A stretch of 63,408 bases of DNA, the filler included, from Chiloscyllium plagiosum (Eukaryota), in the NCBI RefSeq assembly GCF_004010195.1. It is 7 parts of 7 records of this genome, joined end to end, with 100 filler letters (N's around TTAATTAATTAA, not from the genome) between each part and the next. Parts side by side here need not be neighbours in the genome. Positions count along the whole stretch, not along the records: positions 40,785 to 50,598 come from NW_025204753.1; positions 50,699 to 51,967 come from NW_025143228.1; positions 52,068 to 63,408 come from NW_025206240.1; 4 more parts are not named here. One strand, 5' to 3'. The notes under the pieces were generated by a model that saw only the letters and a program-made list of their open reading frames with translations, was not told where the DNA came from and ran no database searches. A program made the translations under genes and the position numbers. The stretch's first letter is position 1. Every line of letters starts with the position of its first letter. Below are positions 49,068 through 61,387 of the stretch, in pieces.

Positions 49068-49376
49068 AAGATACCGAGTGCCACCCTAACACCGTAAGAA
49101 TCCTCCCACCGCCAGTAGAACAAGTCTTACTGGAGGCGACGGTGACGTTACCCTGCGTTGTGTCCAATCTTCCTTCTGGAGTCAATGTGACCTGGAGACA
49201 AGAAAAGAAGCCTCTGAAATCAGAGATTGCTGAGCAGCCTGGACAGAATCCCGACAGGGTGATCAGCAAATTAGACATTTCTACTGAAGCCTGGCTGAGT
49301 GGCGTTACTTTTGAATGTGTGGTGTACCATCAGAATCTACCGACTCCGCTGAGAGACTCCATCCACAAGGAGAAAG
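49068..49376 (+). CDS. IGHM: IgM heavy chain CH3 exon
   Basis: 309-nt phase 1-1 exon encoding [66 protein letters not shown]; GTGAGT donor. Confidence 0.9.
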
Positions 49377-49832
49377 GTGAGTGGTGAGATTAATGCACAA
49401 AGGATCCCATGTGTAATCCAGATCCAGTTACATCAATGATAGGCTTTGATTGGAAATGAACCAACACCGTTGGGAGCATTAATGATGCATCTGAAGGCAG
49501 GATAGCTAAGTAGCTGCTTAAGAAAAAGATGGACCAAAGGATATTGTATTCTGATTAAGTCAGATAAGGTGGGAAGTAGCCTGGGTTGTGACGTCACCAT
49601 CAGCAATGACAAATTGCCAGAATGTCCACGTTGTGGGCTGGAAACATGGAGACAACTTTCACATTAAACTTTCCTTTTTTTACTGAACTGTATGTGTACC
49701 ACTCTGCTCCTTTAAAAAACAAAAGTGAATAAATCCCAAATTAAACATGGCGTATTTTAATATTTAGTGAAATTGTGATGTTGGTTTCAGGATTTTTTTG
49801 GTTGATTTTTATTTGTCTCAAATATTCTGCAG

Positions 49833-50221
49833 TGATTAATCCGCTGGAGCCAGTGTCGGTCCTCCTGCCACCAACAGAAGAAATCTCCGCTCAGAGGTTT
49901 CTCTCCCTCACCTGCTGAGTGAGAGGTTTCTCCCCCCGAGAGATCTTCGTCAAGTGGACAAACAATGACAAGCCGGTGAATCCCAGTAACTACAAGAACA
50001 CCGAGGTGATGGCGGAGAGTGACAACACTTCCTTCTTTATCAGCAGCCTGTTATCCATTACAGCAGAGGAGTGGGCCAGCGGTGCTTCTTACTCCTGTGT
50101 GGTGGGACATGAAACGATTCCATTGAAGATCATCAACAGAACAGTCGATAAATCCAGCGGTAAACCTTGTTTTGTAAACATTTCACTTGCACTGATGGAT
50201 ACTGTTAATTCATGTCAATAA
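49833..50221 (+). pseudogene. IGHM: IgM CH4 + secretory tailpiece exon with in-frame stop
   Basis: VINPLEPVSVLLPPTEEISAQRFLSLTC-TGA(49916-49918)[13 protein letters not shown]...YSCVVGHE...[31 protein letters not shown] overlaps the final stop; the internal donor G|GTAAAC for the membrane form is at 50160. Confidence 0.88.
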
Positions 50222-50598
50222 AAATCTCAAAGTTGCATTTAATAATTCAGCAGAAGTAATGAAGTGTTTTTTTTTTCCTCCAGTTGTGAGTTAAACACTG
50301 AATTAGTTGTTTCTCATTCTGACTTACATTCCATCTGTGTAGTTAAAGTAGATTATTAACAGGTCTAGGACGAGTGTCTTGTGCAGTTAATGTTCTCTGC
50401 TCAGATACACCCTGGGTCAGAGATAGAGTAAAGCTCACTCATTGCAGGATTCCGCCAAGGACGTTATCCATCCTAAATCCCTCTGTGACAAAATCTGACA
50501 ATGTCCATTTTATGTCAAGGGTAGGGCATGAGTTTTGAACTTGGTGTTTTTGATTCCCCCGATTGGATATTCTTACAAAATTCATGTCAGTTTTAAAC

Positions 50599-50698
50599 NN
50601 NNNNNNNNNNNNNNNNNNNNNNNNNNNNNNNNNNNNNNNNNNTTAATTAATTAANNNNNNNNNNNNNNNNNNNNNNNNNNNNNNNNNNNNNNNNNNNN
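50599..50698. other. Artificial spacer
   Basis: N44-TTAATTAATTAA-N44. Confidence 0.97.
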
Positions 50699-50727
50699 AT
50701 TGTTCTATGTTCTATGTTCTATGTTCT

Positions 50728-51049
50728 AACACTCAGCCCAAGCTAACCCTGCTGCCCCCCTCCCCGGAGCAGGTCAATGCCAAGGGCACTGCCACCCTGG
50801 TGTGTCTTGCCAATCACTTCTATCCCAATGAGCTGGAGGTGCAGTGGAAGAAGGACGGTGCAGTCATTTCGGACGGGGTTCAGACCAGCAACTACCTGAG
50901 AGCTTCAGACAGCACCTACAGTGTCAGCAGCCTGCTGACCCTCTCTGGGGTCTGACTGGGAGTCCAACGCTCGCTTCTCCTGTGCCCTCACCCACGTGAC
51001 CCTCCCCTCTCCCCTCAGCAAGAGCATCAGGAGATCAGAATGTGTGTAG
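50728..51049 (+). pseudogene. Ig light chain constant exon, kappa-type (shark NS4/type III-like), frameshifted
   Basis: QPKLTLLPPSPEQVNAKGTATLVCLANHFYP..W..SDSTYSVSSLLTLSG, then an extra G in GGGG (50947-50950), then SDWESNARFSCALTHVTLPSPLSKSIRRSECV*. The 5' end abuts a CR1 (TTCTATG)n tail. Confidence 0.85.
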
Positions 51050-51967
51050 AATGTTTGAGACAGTCCACAGAGGAGACACAGGGTTGAGCTGGCAGGTCAA
51101 AGGTCGTTGTCAGCACTGAATTTCAACTCTCTTCCTTCTCAGGACTGGCTTGGAGACATTTCTCAGGTTCAAGGTTTAAGGCAGGTCATTGGGATAATCA
51201 AAAAGAAGCTTTACTCTGTATCAGACTCCATGCTGACCCTGTTCTGGGAGTGTTTGATTGGGGCAGTGATGACCTGTGATGCCAAGTCAAACCTATTGAA
51301 AACGCTGAAGGAGACTGTCAGCTGTACAAAAACAATGTGAACCTCAGAAGTCTCTGCTTCAGTAAAACAGACCTACTTCCTGCTCAGCCGTCAGTTCCAA
51401 TTTAAGGTTTTGTCACTGTTTAAAGGAACAGGACTCTTAGGTTATTGAGAAAATCTCCACAAGTGTTTTCCTCAAGCTCCATTGTGGCTGTGAATTTGTG
51501 CAGCTTCCTCTGGGCTGTTAATTGCAGTCTGTTTTCTGTCAGTGTCAATCTGGAAAAGGGAATAAAGATGAAGAAGATTCAGTCTCTGTCTCGTGTGTGC
51601 TTTGGAAATGGCCCGAGCTGAAGCCTCAGGGAAAGCTGTGTGAAGTGTTAACCTCCACCCTCAAGGCCTGGAGAATGTGGGGCAGAATAGAGAGGGCAAT
51701 GGGGTCCCTGGTGCAGGAGGGAAATGCTACCATTGTGTCCAGAAGGGGCGCTTTCAGCAGGAATGCACAACTTCAAGGAAATCTTTCCCAATAAATGGGG
51801 AAAAGAAGGAAGGCAGGAGGGGACAATGGGGAACACAATAATCTGATGGAAATTCCCCATCAACGCTCACCCATCCCTTAGGCACAGCAAGATCACAAGC
51901 CAAGAAATTCAAATCAACTGTTAGGGAGCCAGAACCACTGGGAACCCTCTATTGATGAATATGACAA

Positions 51968-52067
51968 NNNNNNNNNNNNNNNNNNNNNNNNNNNNNNNNN
52001 NNNNNNNNNNNTTAATTAATTAANNNNNNNNNNNNNNNNNNNNNNNNNNNNNNNNNNNNNNNNNNNN
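51968..52067. other. Artificial spacer
   Basis: N44-TTAATTAATTAA-N44. Confidence 0.97.
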
Positions 52068-52752
52068 AGAACAAAGATAAAACCACCATTACATTATAGG
52101 AGAAAGTTAAAAATCACAACACCAGGTTATACTCCAACAGGTTTAATTGGAAGCACACTAGCTTTTGGAGCGACGCTCCTTCATAATCACCTGATAAACT
52201 GTTGGACTATAACCTGGTGGTCTGATTTTTAAACTTTGTACACCCCAGTCCAACACCGGCATCTCCAAATCATTATTAGGAGAAAAGTGCACTAAAGTCT
52301 GTAAGGCAGAAAAAAATTGGGAAGTGCTCCAGATTTTTTTTTTTTTTTAAGGATCAAATTGTGTAACGAGATTGGAATTCAGGATTTAATTCTTAATTCC
52401 TTCAGCTTGCTACATCTCAATTTCTCCTTACTCATCATTCAGGCCTGCAAAGGAGATCAGGTCAGCAAGTTGAGACTCAGCTTTATTCCCCAAAGCAGAA
52501 GAAAGTTAGTACAGAAACATCGATTTTAGGAACACAATGAGAGAATGGTTAGATTTTTTAAATGCATTAGATCATGCATTAAAATATGTGAAGCACTTTG
52601 AATAAGCAGTGAGAAAGTGGCTAGAAACAAAAAATAAAATGAATAGAACATAAGGGACCCACAAAGGAGTGCCCATAAATTGTAGTCAAGGATTCATACT
52701 GAAAACCATTGGAGAATGGGTGATACAGAAAAGGATAATTACAAAACAACGA

Positions 52753-52960
52753 GAATCTTTTTCCACATATGGAGTCAGCTATTACGAGGGGGCATAGCTT
52801 TAAATTAAGGGGTGGTAGGTATAGGACAGATGTTAGGGGTAGATTCTTTACTCAGCGAGTCGTGAGTTCATGGAATGCCCTGCCAGTAGCAGTGGTGGAC
52901 TCTCCCTCATTATGGGCATTTAAGCGGGCATTGGATAGGCATATGGCTGTATTCTTCTAT
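52753..52960 (+). mobile_element. CR1 3' fragment
   Basis: Near-identical to 8387-8580. Confidence 0.88.
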
Positions 52961-53160
52961 GTTCTAATTTATAATGGAAAAATCTGGTCAGCAGTTAAGG
53001 ACAGTCTCCCAGGAACAGAATGTGATAGTCGTGACTCAAAATTCTGTCATTTGTAATTATTGATAGATTAAACTGAAACTATGATACTGTTCCTTTCCCC
53101 CACAGATGAGTACTTTCAATGTTTTGTTTTTGTTCTGAGCAGTATGTAGATTTGTCTTAC

Positions 53161-53442
53161 CCCAATCCACACTTCTGGGCCACCTCAGGCTGCTGTGTTC
53201 CACATGACAGGTGTATTTATCCCCAGACACTGGCTGGTACTGGAGGAGATCCTCCACCTGATAGGTCCAGTCACCATCTGATAACAGGACAGTGTTGATG
53301 ACACCATCAGGAATTGGTGCCCCATTTTTCAGCCACATGACATCAATCTCAGGAGGGTAAAATCCAGTGACATGACATGAGAGCAAAGCCGATTGTGCAG
53401 AATGCGGAGAGGCTTTAGGTCGGATAGTGACTGTTGGTTCAA
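53161..53442 (-). CDS. MHC class II beta chain, beta2 exon
   Basis: 282-nt phase 1-1 exon encoding VEPTVTIRPK..LLSCHVTGFYPPEIDVMWLKNG..LLSDGDWTYQV..GDKYTCHVEHSSL..VDW. The GDWTYQ motif is typical of class II beta2. Confidence 0.9.
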
Positions 53443-54449
53443 CTGGAACAGAAAGAAAAGTTTCATAATACAACAAGGGCAGAAAACAAGTTCAAATTTT
53501 TCCATTTGCATTGGACTCTTCCCCGTCCTCATTACTGGGTGTCCAATTCCTGAATAACTCCAATTAGATCCATATCTCCAGGCCCTGACCTACATTCAGG
53601 TAACCAGGGTTAGGATGAATTGTGAAACTGGAACAGAACACAAGTTCTTTAAAATATCCCCTCCATAGTAGGGTTTAGTTTCATCTCAATACTGTAGCTC
53701 CTAAACGGTTCAGAAGCCCAGGTGTATACTGCAAGTCAGACTAGGTGACAGGTCAAGCAGTGAGAAGGGGCAGTGTTGGATATTAACTACAGTAGTTTGT
53801 AAATCAAGCTGAGCAAGGTTCAAGCAATCACACCATATACAGAGGAATGGCTGATTAAATGATTTTCAGCTCAAAATACTGTTAATCAGTCTCAGGCATC
53901 ATTACACTTCGTAATGAGCAATAAGTCACATTTAATTTTTAAACTTTTAAATTAAATCAACCTATTCAGAGATGCTATTACACACACCTGCAGTACAGGT
54001 GGGACTTGAACCTAGGGCTCCTGGTCCAGTAGATACACGCCACAGAACATGAATAATGTGATCAGCAAAGTGCAACATTGCATTTGACAGAAATAGGAAA
54101 CTAACAAGGTCCTAGCTTTATGCCAGTGTGGCTTCAATGAAATGAGATGGAGTGCACTCACTATAAATTGGATAACATTAAGTGTCATTTAGAACCAGTT
54201 GGAAGTGTTAACTGTGATATCAAGCCAGTTTATACACCCAAAGGGGGAAAAAGCTCTATTTGTCTTAAAAACCATGGCAGGGAATCTAATCACGAAAGTA
54301 GAAAACAAACTACATACAAAATTAACAGATCGGCTCTTGAGGCAGTGGTAGTATCCCTACTCTTAAACCAGGAGCAGGTTCAACTCTGCTGTGACCCCTC
54401 TGGAGCAGGTGGATGTGATGATTAGAAAATTAGGATTCATTAAAATATA

Positions 54450-54653
54450 CAGGAAGGCCCCAGGTTACAAACAAGTTCCTTTTGTTCGTAAGCCAAATTT
54501 GTGCTCAAGTCGGAACAAATACAGGCTAATTAGTCCACCTGTTCGTTAGGACGAAACATTGTATTTAACTCTGATTTTTTTTAAATAGGTTTTAAAAATG
54601 AGAAGCCAGAGGTCGGTTTGTAAGTCGGGTGTTTGTAACGCAGGGACTTCCTG
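54450..54653. mobile_element. pogo/Tigger-type (Tc1/mariner) MITE in class II beta intron
   Basis: TA|CAGGAAGGCCCCAGGTTACAAACA...TGTTTGTAACGCAGGGACTTCCTG|TA: 24-bp imperfect TIRs and a TA target duplication. Confidence 0.8.
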
Positions 54654-55698
54654 TATAAAAACAACAGCGTCTTGCGAATAGAAGTGATAAATAGAAAATT
54701 AGAGGGACCATGAAACAGCAACTACAGGTACGGGACCTCACATCCAACTCCTTCAGGCTGAGACTGTGCCAGACTTCAGATACATTGTCAAGGCTGCACA
54801 TCTGGCAGGGTCATGGGTCATCTGGAGTACACATTAAGTAGTGAAGTGGTTAACTGGTCTGGAGTGACACCAGGACAATGCAGCACTTAGCCACAAATGT
54901 TTCAAATGTATGGTACATTTGAGTGCTTGGTCCAGATTTTTGGACACTACTGGTTTTTCAGCCAAGAATTTGATGTACTTAGAAATGAGAGTCAATAAAG
55001 TTATTCCAGTACAGCCTATAATAGCACACGCAGAATATTGCCCAGCTATGTCCTGTCCAAAGTAGAGCAATGGCCAGATATCTGCAGCCAGGCAATGCAG
55101 AGTAGGAAACTCAGGCTGATAGTGATGGCACTTACCCTAGTTTTGGCACACTTAAGATTTAAGGACTACTAGAATTAAAGGGTAGAGTTTAAAGGGATTG
55201 CGAAAGCAACAAGGGTGATGAGAGCACATACTTTTGCACAGAGGGTATGGGATGCACTGCCAGAAAATGTGGTGGAGGCAGGTTCAATGAAGGCATTCAT
55301 GAAGGAAATGGGTATACATACTGTGTAGGGATAAGGGGAAGGCCAAGAGATTGACATGAGGTAATGATGCTCATTTGAAGAACCAGTATATGCACAATCT
55401 GAGGCTGTAGACGGCTGAGAGAGAGAGAGAGAGAGAGGGAGTTTAACTGATCCCTATAACAGGGACAGTCTGGGCTGATGGTGTCTTTCTCAGACAGTCT
55501 GGGATCACGTTTCCAATGCGGTGCAGTGTTGCCCAGTCCTGGGGCTGGTGCTGATACTGACCCTGGGGGAAGGCTCTCCCTCAGACACGCACCGCGTTAG
55601 GGGGCAGGGCTGGGATCTCCCCGTGCCCTCTGGGGTGTTTGGAGGGGGGGGTTAGGTGCTGGGATCTCCCCGTGCCCCCCCCCCCCCGGGTCCCTTAC

Positions 55699-55959
55699 CT
55701 TTCCGGGACAGCACCTCACTCTCCATGATACCGATGTTATTCTGACAGAAACCGATCGCTTGTTGGTACAGGGCCTCCCCGCTCTCTTTAGTCCATCTGT
55801 CCGCATTAGACTTCGCCCAGTCCTTCACCGCGATGTACTTCTTGTGGTTAAAGTCGAAATACACGATCAGCTGTTGGTCATAGATGTACTGGAAGATGAA
55901 GGTCCAGCTCCCGGAGCTGTTAAACTCACAGCCTTGAACGTGGCTATAGCTGTGAGCGT
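55699..55959 (-). CDS. MHC class II beta chain, beta1 exon
   Basis: 261-nt phase 1-1 exon encoding DAHSYSHVQGCEFNSSGSWTFIFQYIYDQQLIVYFDFNHKKYIAVKDWAKSNADRWTKESGEALYQQAIGFCQNNIGIMESEVLSRK. Both Cys, an N-glycan site (NSS), and W61 and N82 equivalents are present. Confidence 0.88.
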
Positions 55960-56619
55960 CTGAGAGAGAGAGACACAGACGGAGTTAGTGCGGCTCCGAG
56001 CCGACAGCACTCGGTGTGAGACTGTACCCTCTGTCCGGGGGTTACACACCGACCCCCCCCACCCCCCACAGCCACCCCCGGGGAGGGGATAGCCCCCAGA
56101 CAGCCCTCCCTCCCCGAACCCGCTTCCAAACTGCGGCACTGACCGGATTCTCTCTCAATCCTCGGAAACGTGACCCACAAGAGGCAGGAAATACAGGGAA
56201 ATGTCAGGGTTGAGAACACTCACTGACAGGCAGACCTGTACTTTCCTGAACACCGGATGTTTAATGCCCCACTCGGAACCTGTTCCCATACATCTATAAA
56301 AAGGTGAACGATAAATTGGAGGAGAATTGGAGGTGACTAGAAACCAGTGGTTGGAGATTATTTATCTATGATCAACTCACACTGTCCTCCTTTACGTTCT
56401 ACAGTCTCCTCAGGACAGCAGTGGAGGGGTATTAGGGAGCAACACTAGTCAACCAGATATCATAAGATGGAAAGGTCAGAAAAAAAATATCAGCTGTGGG
56501 TTTGTTAGAACCCTTTCCATGCATCTGCATCCTACAACTACCAGAAGGCACACACTACCAAAAATCCTTTTTTGGTATTGGTTCAGATACTAACATCATG
56601 TAGGGAAGGATGTCCAGTC

Positions 56620-59600
56620 TTAGTCACAGGTATACAGCACAGAAACAGACCCCCCAGTCCAACTCATCCATGCAGACCAGATACCCTAAACTAATCTAGT
56701 CCCATTTGCCAGCACTCCAGATGCCTATTAAATGTTGTAATTGTACCAGCCTCCAGACTTCCTCTGGCAGCTCATTCCATACACATACCACCCTCTGCAT
56801 GAAAAGTTGCCCCTCATGTCTCTTTTATATCTTTCCACTCACCCTAAACCTATGTCCTCTAGTTCAGGACTCTCACCCCAGAGAAAATACCTTGTCTATT
56901 TACCTATCCACACCCTTCATGATTTTATAAACCTCTAACATCATCCAGGGAAAAAACAGCCCCAGCCTGTTCAGCCTTTCACTATAGCTCAAATCCTCCA
57001 ATCCTGGCAACATTCTTGTAAATCTTTTCTGAACTCAGGTTTCACAACATCCTTTTGATGTACAGCCGCAACATGACCTCCCAACTCCTGTACTCAATAC
57101 TGTCCAATAAAGGAAAGCATACCAAATGCCTTCTTCACTATCCTATCTACATGCGACTCCATTTTCAAGGAGCTCTGAACCTGCACTCCAAGGTCTCTTT
57201 GTTCAGCAACACTCCCTCGGACCTTACCATATAACAGAAGTTCAGGGACAGGGTGTTCGGGCACCCTGTTAGTTTGTAGGGCAAGGCTGGCAGGAGTAGG
57301 AAACACTGAATGTTCAGAGATATTGAGGCTCTAGTCAAGAAAAAGGAAGGAGGCATGTCAGGTTTAGACAGCTAGGATGAAGTGAGGAATATAGGGGGTG
57401 TAGGAGTATTCCTAAGAGGGAAATCAGGAGGGAAAGAAGGAGGATATGTGGTAACTTTGGCAGATAACCCCATAAGTATATTAAGGGCAAAAGAGTAACT
57501 AGGGAGAGAATAGGGCCCTTTATGTGTCATCTATATGTGGAACCACAGGAAATAGGTGAGATCCTAAACCAATATTTTGCATCAATGTTAACTGTAGAGA
57601 AAGACAAGGAAGCTAGGGAATCAGGGAAATAAATGTTGATGTCGTGAAAAGATTCCACATTAGAGAAGAAGAGGTGCTGGAAGTCTAAAACACACAAAGA
57701 TAGATAAGTTGGTGGATGACAACTATATAGTGGTATCGTGGATAGTGAAGAAAGTTATCTGAGAGTACAATAGGACCTTGATCAACTGGGCCAGTCGACT
57801 GTGGAATGGCAAATGGAGCTTTAATTTAGATAAAAGTGAGGTATTGCATTTTGATAAGACAAACCAGGGCAGGACTTATACAGTTAATGGTCAGGCCCGG
57901 AGGAGTAGTGTTAAACAGACACACCTAAGGTTCAGGTATATAATTGCTTGAAAGCGGCATCACAGGTAGAAAGGTTGATGCCAGCAGATGTTTGGCACAC
58001 TTGCCTTCATCAGTCAGAGCACTGTGTACAGGAGTTGGTTCCAATATGTACAATGACAGCCTGCTGGTCCCTCTCCCCTTTGAGAACATTCTGAACCCTC
58101 TCTGAGACATCCTTGATCTTGGCACCAGGGAGGCAACACACCATTCTGATTTTTCACCGCTGGAAACAGAAACGTCTATCTGTACCTCTGAATAGAGAGT
58201 CCCCTGACACAATCAATTGCTTGGAAACCTCATTACATGAGAGCCAGTCTTGATACCAGAAACTTGGCTGTTCCTGTTACATTCCCCTGAGAATCCATCA
58301 CCCCCTACATTTTTCAAACAGCATACTTGTTTGAAATGGGGATAGCCACAGGAGACTCCTGCACTTCCTGCTTACCCCTCCTACCTTTCCTGGAGGTAAC
58401 CCATCTACCTGACCATATCTGCAGCTTTTCTGCCTTCCTATAACTGCTATCCATCACACCCCATTACTCTAGTAAATTCCTCTTTGCCTCTAACTGTTGC
58501 TCCAAACAATCCATGCGACTCAATAGGATTCGCAACCAAACACATTTCCTGCAAACATAATCATCAGTTACATGAAAACTCTCCCTAACCTCCCACATCA
58601 CTCTACTAAAGGCCATCGCTGCTCCTTCACAATCTCCAGGCCCAGAAAATAGCACCATCTTATTGCCCTGAAAAGCAGTGCTCCAGGCTCATGATTTTAT
58701 AAATCTCTAGAACCCTCAGCCTCCAATGCTCCAGGTAAAACAGCCATTCAGCCTCTCCCTATAGCTCAAACCCTAGCATCATCCTTTTAAATCTTTTAGG
58801 AACTTTTCAAGTTTCACAACGTCATTCCGATAGAAAGGAGACCAGAATTGCAAGAGATATTTCAATTAAACAATCAAGAAACGCTCTATTCAGTATGCAG
58901 ACTTACAGCAAGGTTACACTTTAAAAAATATGAACATATCTGTTCCTGTGCTGGTTCCTCCAGGGTCAGCTATGACTTTTGCTGTTTGTTAATTTTTTCT
59001 AGAGATACATGAACTCAAACAGCAAAGGCAGGAACTGTGCAGATTCACTGCTATGTCAGTTAGCAGGTTTCTGTCTGTCTGTCTCCCTTCCGACCATGTG
59101 CTTGCTTTCTTTGTCTGCATTTTCTCCTTTTAAAAGTGCCATTGTTTAAACTTTTTACTCCAAACTCCAAAACAATGCAGCAGCATATGAAACATTAATT
59201 GTTGCTTCTGGAATTCAAGGAAATCACCTCCAACACCAAAAGATCTCAAAAAGGAACAGCTCTTACAGCCAGTTTTTTTTTCAGTCCTCCATCTTGGATA
59301 ACCCAGAATACCAATGTACAATCATCAGAACAATATTAGGCTATTCAGCTCTTTAAGTCTATTGCTCTCTTCAATAAGATTATAGTTGATCTTGTGTGGT
59401 CTCAGCTCTACTTAACTCTTGACTCCTTGGGTTTTTTGATAAGCTTCAGTGAGATTGCCTTGAATAAAGTTAAAGATCCAGCCTCCGCTGCTGGAATGAA
59501 AATTCCACGTTCTGATGACCCTCATATGTCAAGTCTTAAAAAGGAGACTTCCTCTTAAAACTATTTACTGAGCTCTCCCCATAAAAGGGAACATTCCTCT

Positions 59601-60170
59601 GACATTTCCTAGTATCATGTCCCTTCATTTTTTGTTCCAATAAGGTCACTTAATTTTTCTAAACATCAACATACATGGAGCTAACTGTTCAGCCTTGCCT
59701 CCCAAGGCAAGCCCTTGACCCCAGGAATTAGTCAACTAAACCTTTTCTGAACTGTTTCGGAATCAGTTATGCCCAAGAGATCAAAACGATACACTACTCC
59801 AGATGTGATCTCAGCAAAACCCTGTACAACTACCACACAAGTTAATTACTATTCTCCTTGCAGTAAGCTATAACGTTCCTTTTGACTCACTGCTTCCAGT
59901 TCAACTTTCATTTGTTCTCTAACACACCTAGATTCCTCTCTACCACAGGTTCTGTGACATCTCTCCCCATTTAAATGATCTATTATTCCAACCAAAATGG
60001 GAGCATTCACATTTATCCACATAATCCTCCACCTATCAAATTTTAACAATTCACTTAACTCCTTTGCATACTCGCCTCTTTACTTGGTATCATTAAATTT
60101 CACTACATACATTAAGTCCACTCATCCAGCTTAAATGGTAGATAATTGAGATTCTCATCTCATGTCATCC
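56620..60170. mobile_element. Nested block of CR1 fragments in both orientations, including an ORF1-like portion (about 58030-58680, minus)
   Basis: QRDLGVQVQSSLKMESHVDRIVKKAFGMLSFIG, and MWEVRESFHVTDDYVCRKC, a CR1 ORF1-type zinc finger. Confidence 0.78.
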
Positions 60171-60670
60171 CTGGAGTGTTCTACAGGAGTCATGACGTGG
60201 AGATGCCGGTGTTGGACTGGGGTGTACAAAGTTAAAAATCACAACATCAGGTTATAGTCCAACAGGTTTAATTGGAAGCACTAGCTTTCAGAGAGACGCT
60301 CCTTCATCAGGTGATTGTGGAAGGCTCGATCGTAACAGAATTTATAGCAAAAATTTACAGTGTGATGTAACTAAAATTATACATTGAAAAATTGATTGTC
60401 TGTTAAGCCTTTCATCTGTTAGCTGTTAAAAAACCTAATCACATTGCACTTTGCTCAAAAACTGCATGCATTCATGTAGAACTCGGAGCTCAAAAACTGC
60501 ATGAATTTATGTAAAACTTGGTTATCTCACTTTTTAGATTAGAATCAATCTAAACATGGCATAGACAGAGAACACAGGGGGCTAACACCTTCAACATATT
60601 GTCTAGCTATCACCATTTTCCTCTGGTAAAATTAATGATTAATTATCTATGACTGTTTGATCACCAACAG

Positions 60671-61346
60671 GAATTCACATTTTTCCACGGATAACTACTG
60701 TTGAGGTCAGTGATGATGGCAGCATTAAGAGATCGATGAGATTTGGATTTGATGGAAAGGACTTTATCAGTTTAGAACCAGACAGAATGAGATAGATCGC
60801 ATACAATCCCATTGCAGTGATGACTAAAGAGAAATGGGATATTGATGAATCCTGGAACAATTACTGGAAAAGAAATCTGGAAGAAGTAACTGTAGAAATG
60901 TTAAAGAGATATCTGGAAGCTGGAAAAGATTATTTCAAAAGGAAAGGTATGTATTTCAGTTTTGTTCCACGTTCTGATCTAACCTCACTGATCTATGAAA
61001 CCACTCTCCCATTCCATTCAGTGTCTGTCTGTTTGTGGTTTCACCCTTTCCCATCACAGTTCAGCCTGAAGTGTTCATCTCCAGGAGGGAGCCCAATGGT
61101 CAGGACAAGCCGCTCACTCTCTCCTGCCTGGTCACTGGGTTTTATCCTGCAGACATCGAGGTGACCTGGCTAAGGAATGGAGAGGTCATGTCTGAGACCC
61201 AATCCTCGGGGGTTCGACCGAACCACGATGGGACCCATCAGATCCAGAAAGAGATTGAGATCAATGCTGGGGATGAGGATCAATCCTGTCACATTGAACA
61301 CAGCAGTCTGGCAGAGGCCCAACTCTATCAGTGGGGTAAGGAACTG

Positions 61347-61387
<41 letters not shown>

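Noticed and set aside
34155-50221. VH and CH1-CH4 as one IgM cluster
   Set aside because: They lie on opposite strands and are separated by an artificial spacer; no D or JH segments were seen.
53161-55959. W-category MHC chain or a class I/II hybrid gene with the neighbouring class I exons
   Set aside because: Exon sizes and motifs (beta1 Cys pair, W61, N82, GDWTYQ) fit ordinary shark class II beta, and the class I exons are on the opposite strand. Phylogeny would be needed to exclude it formally.
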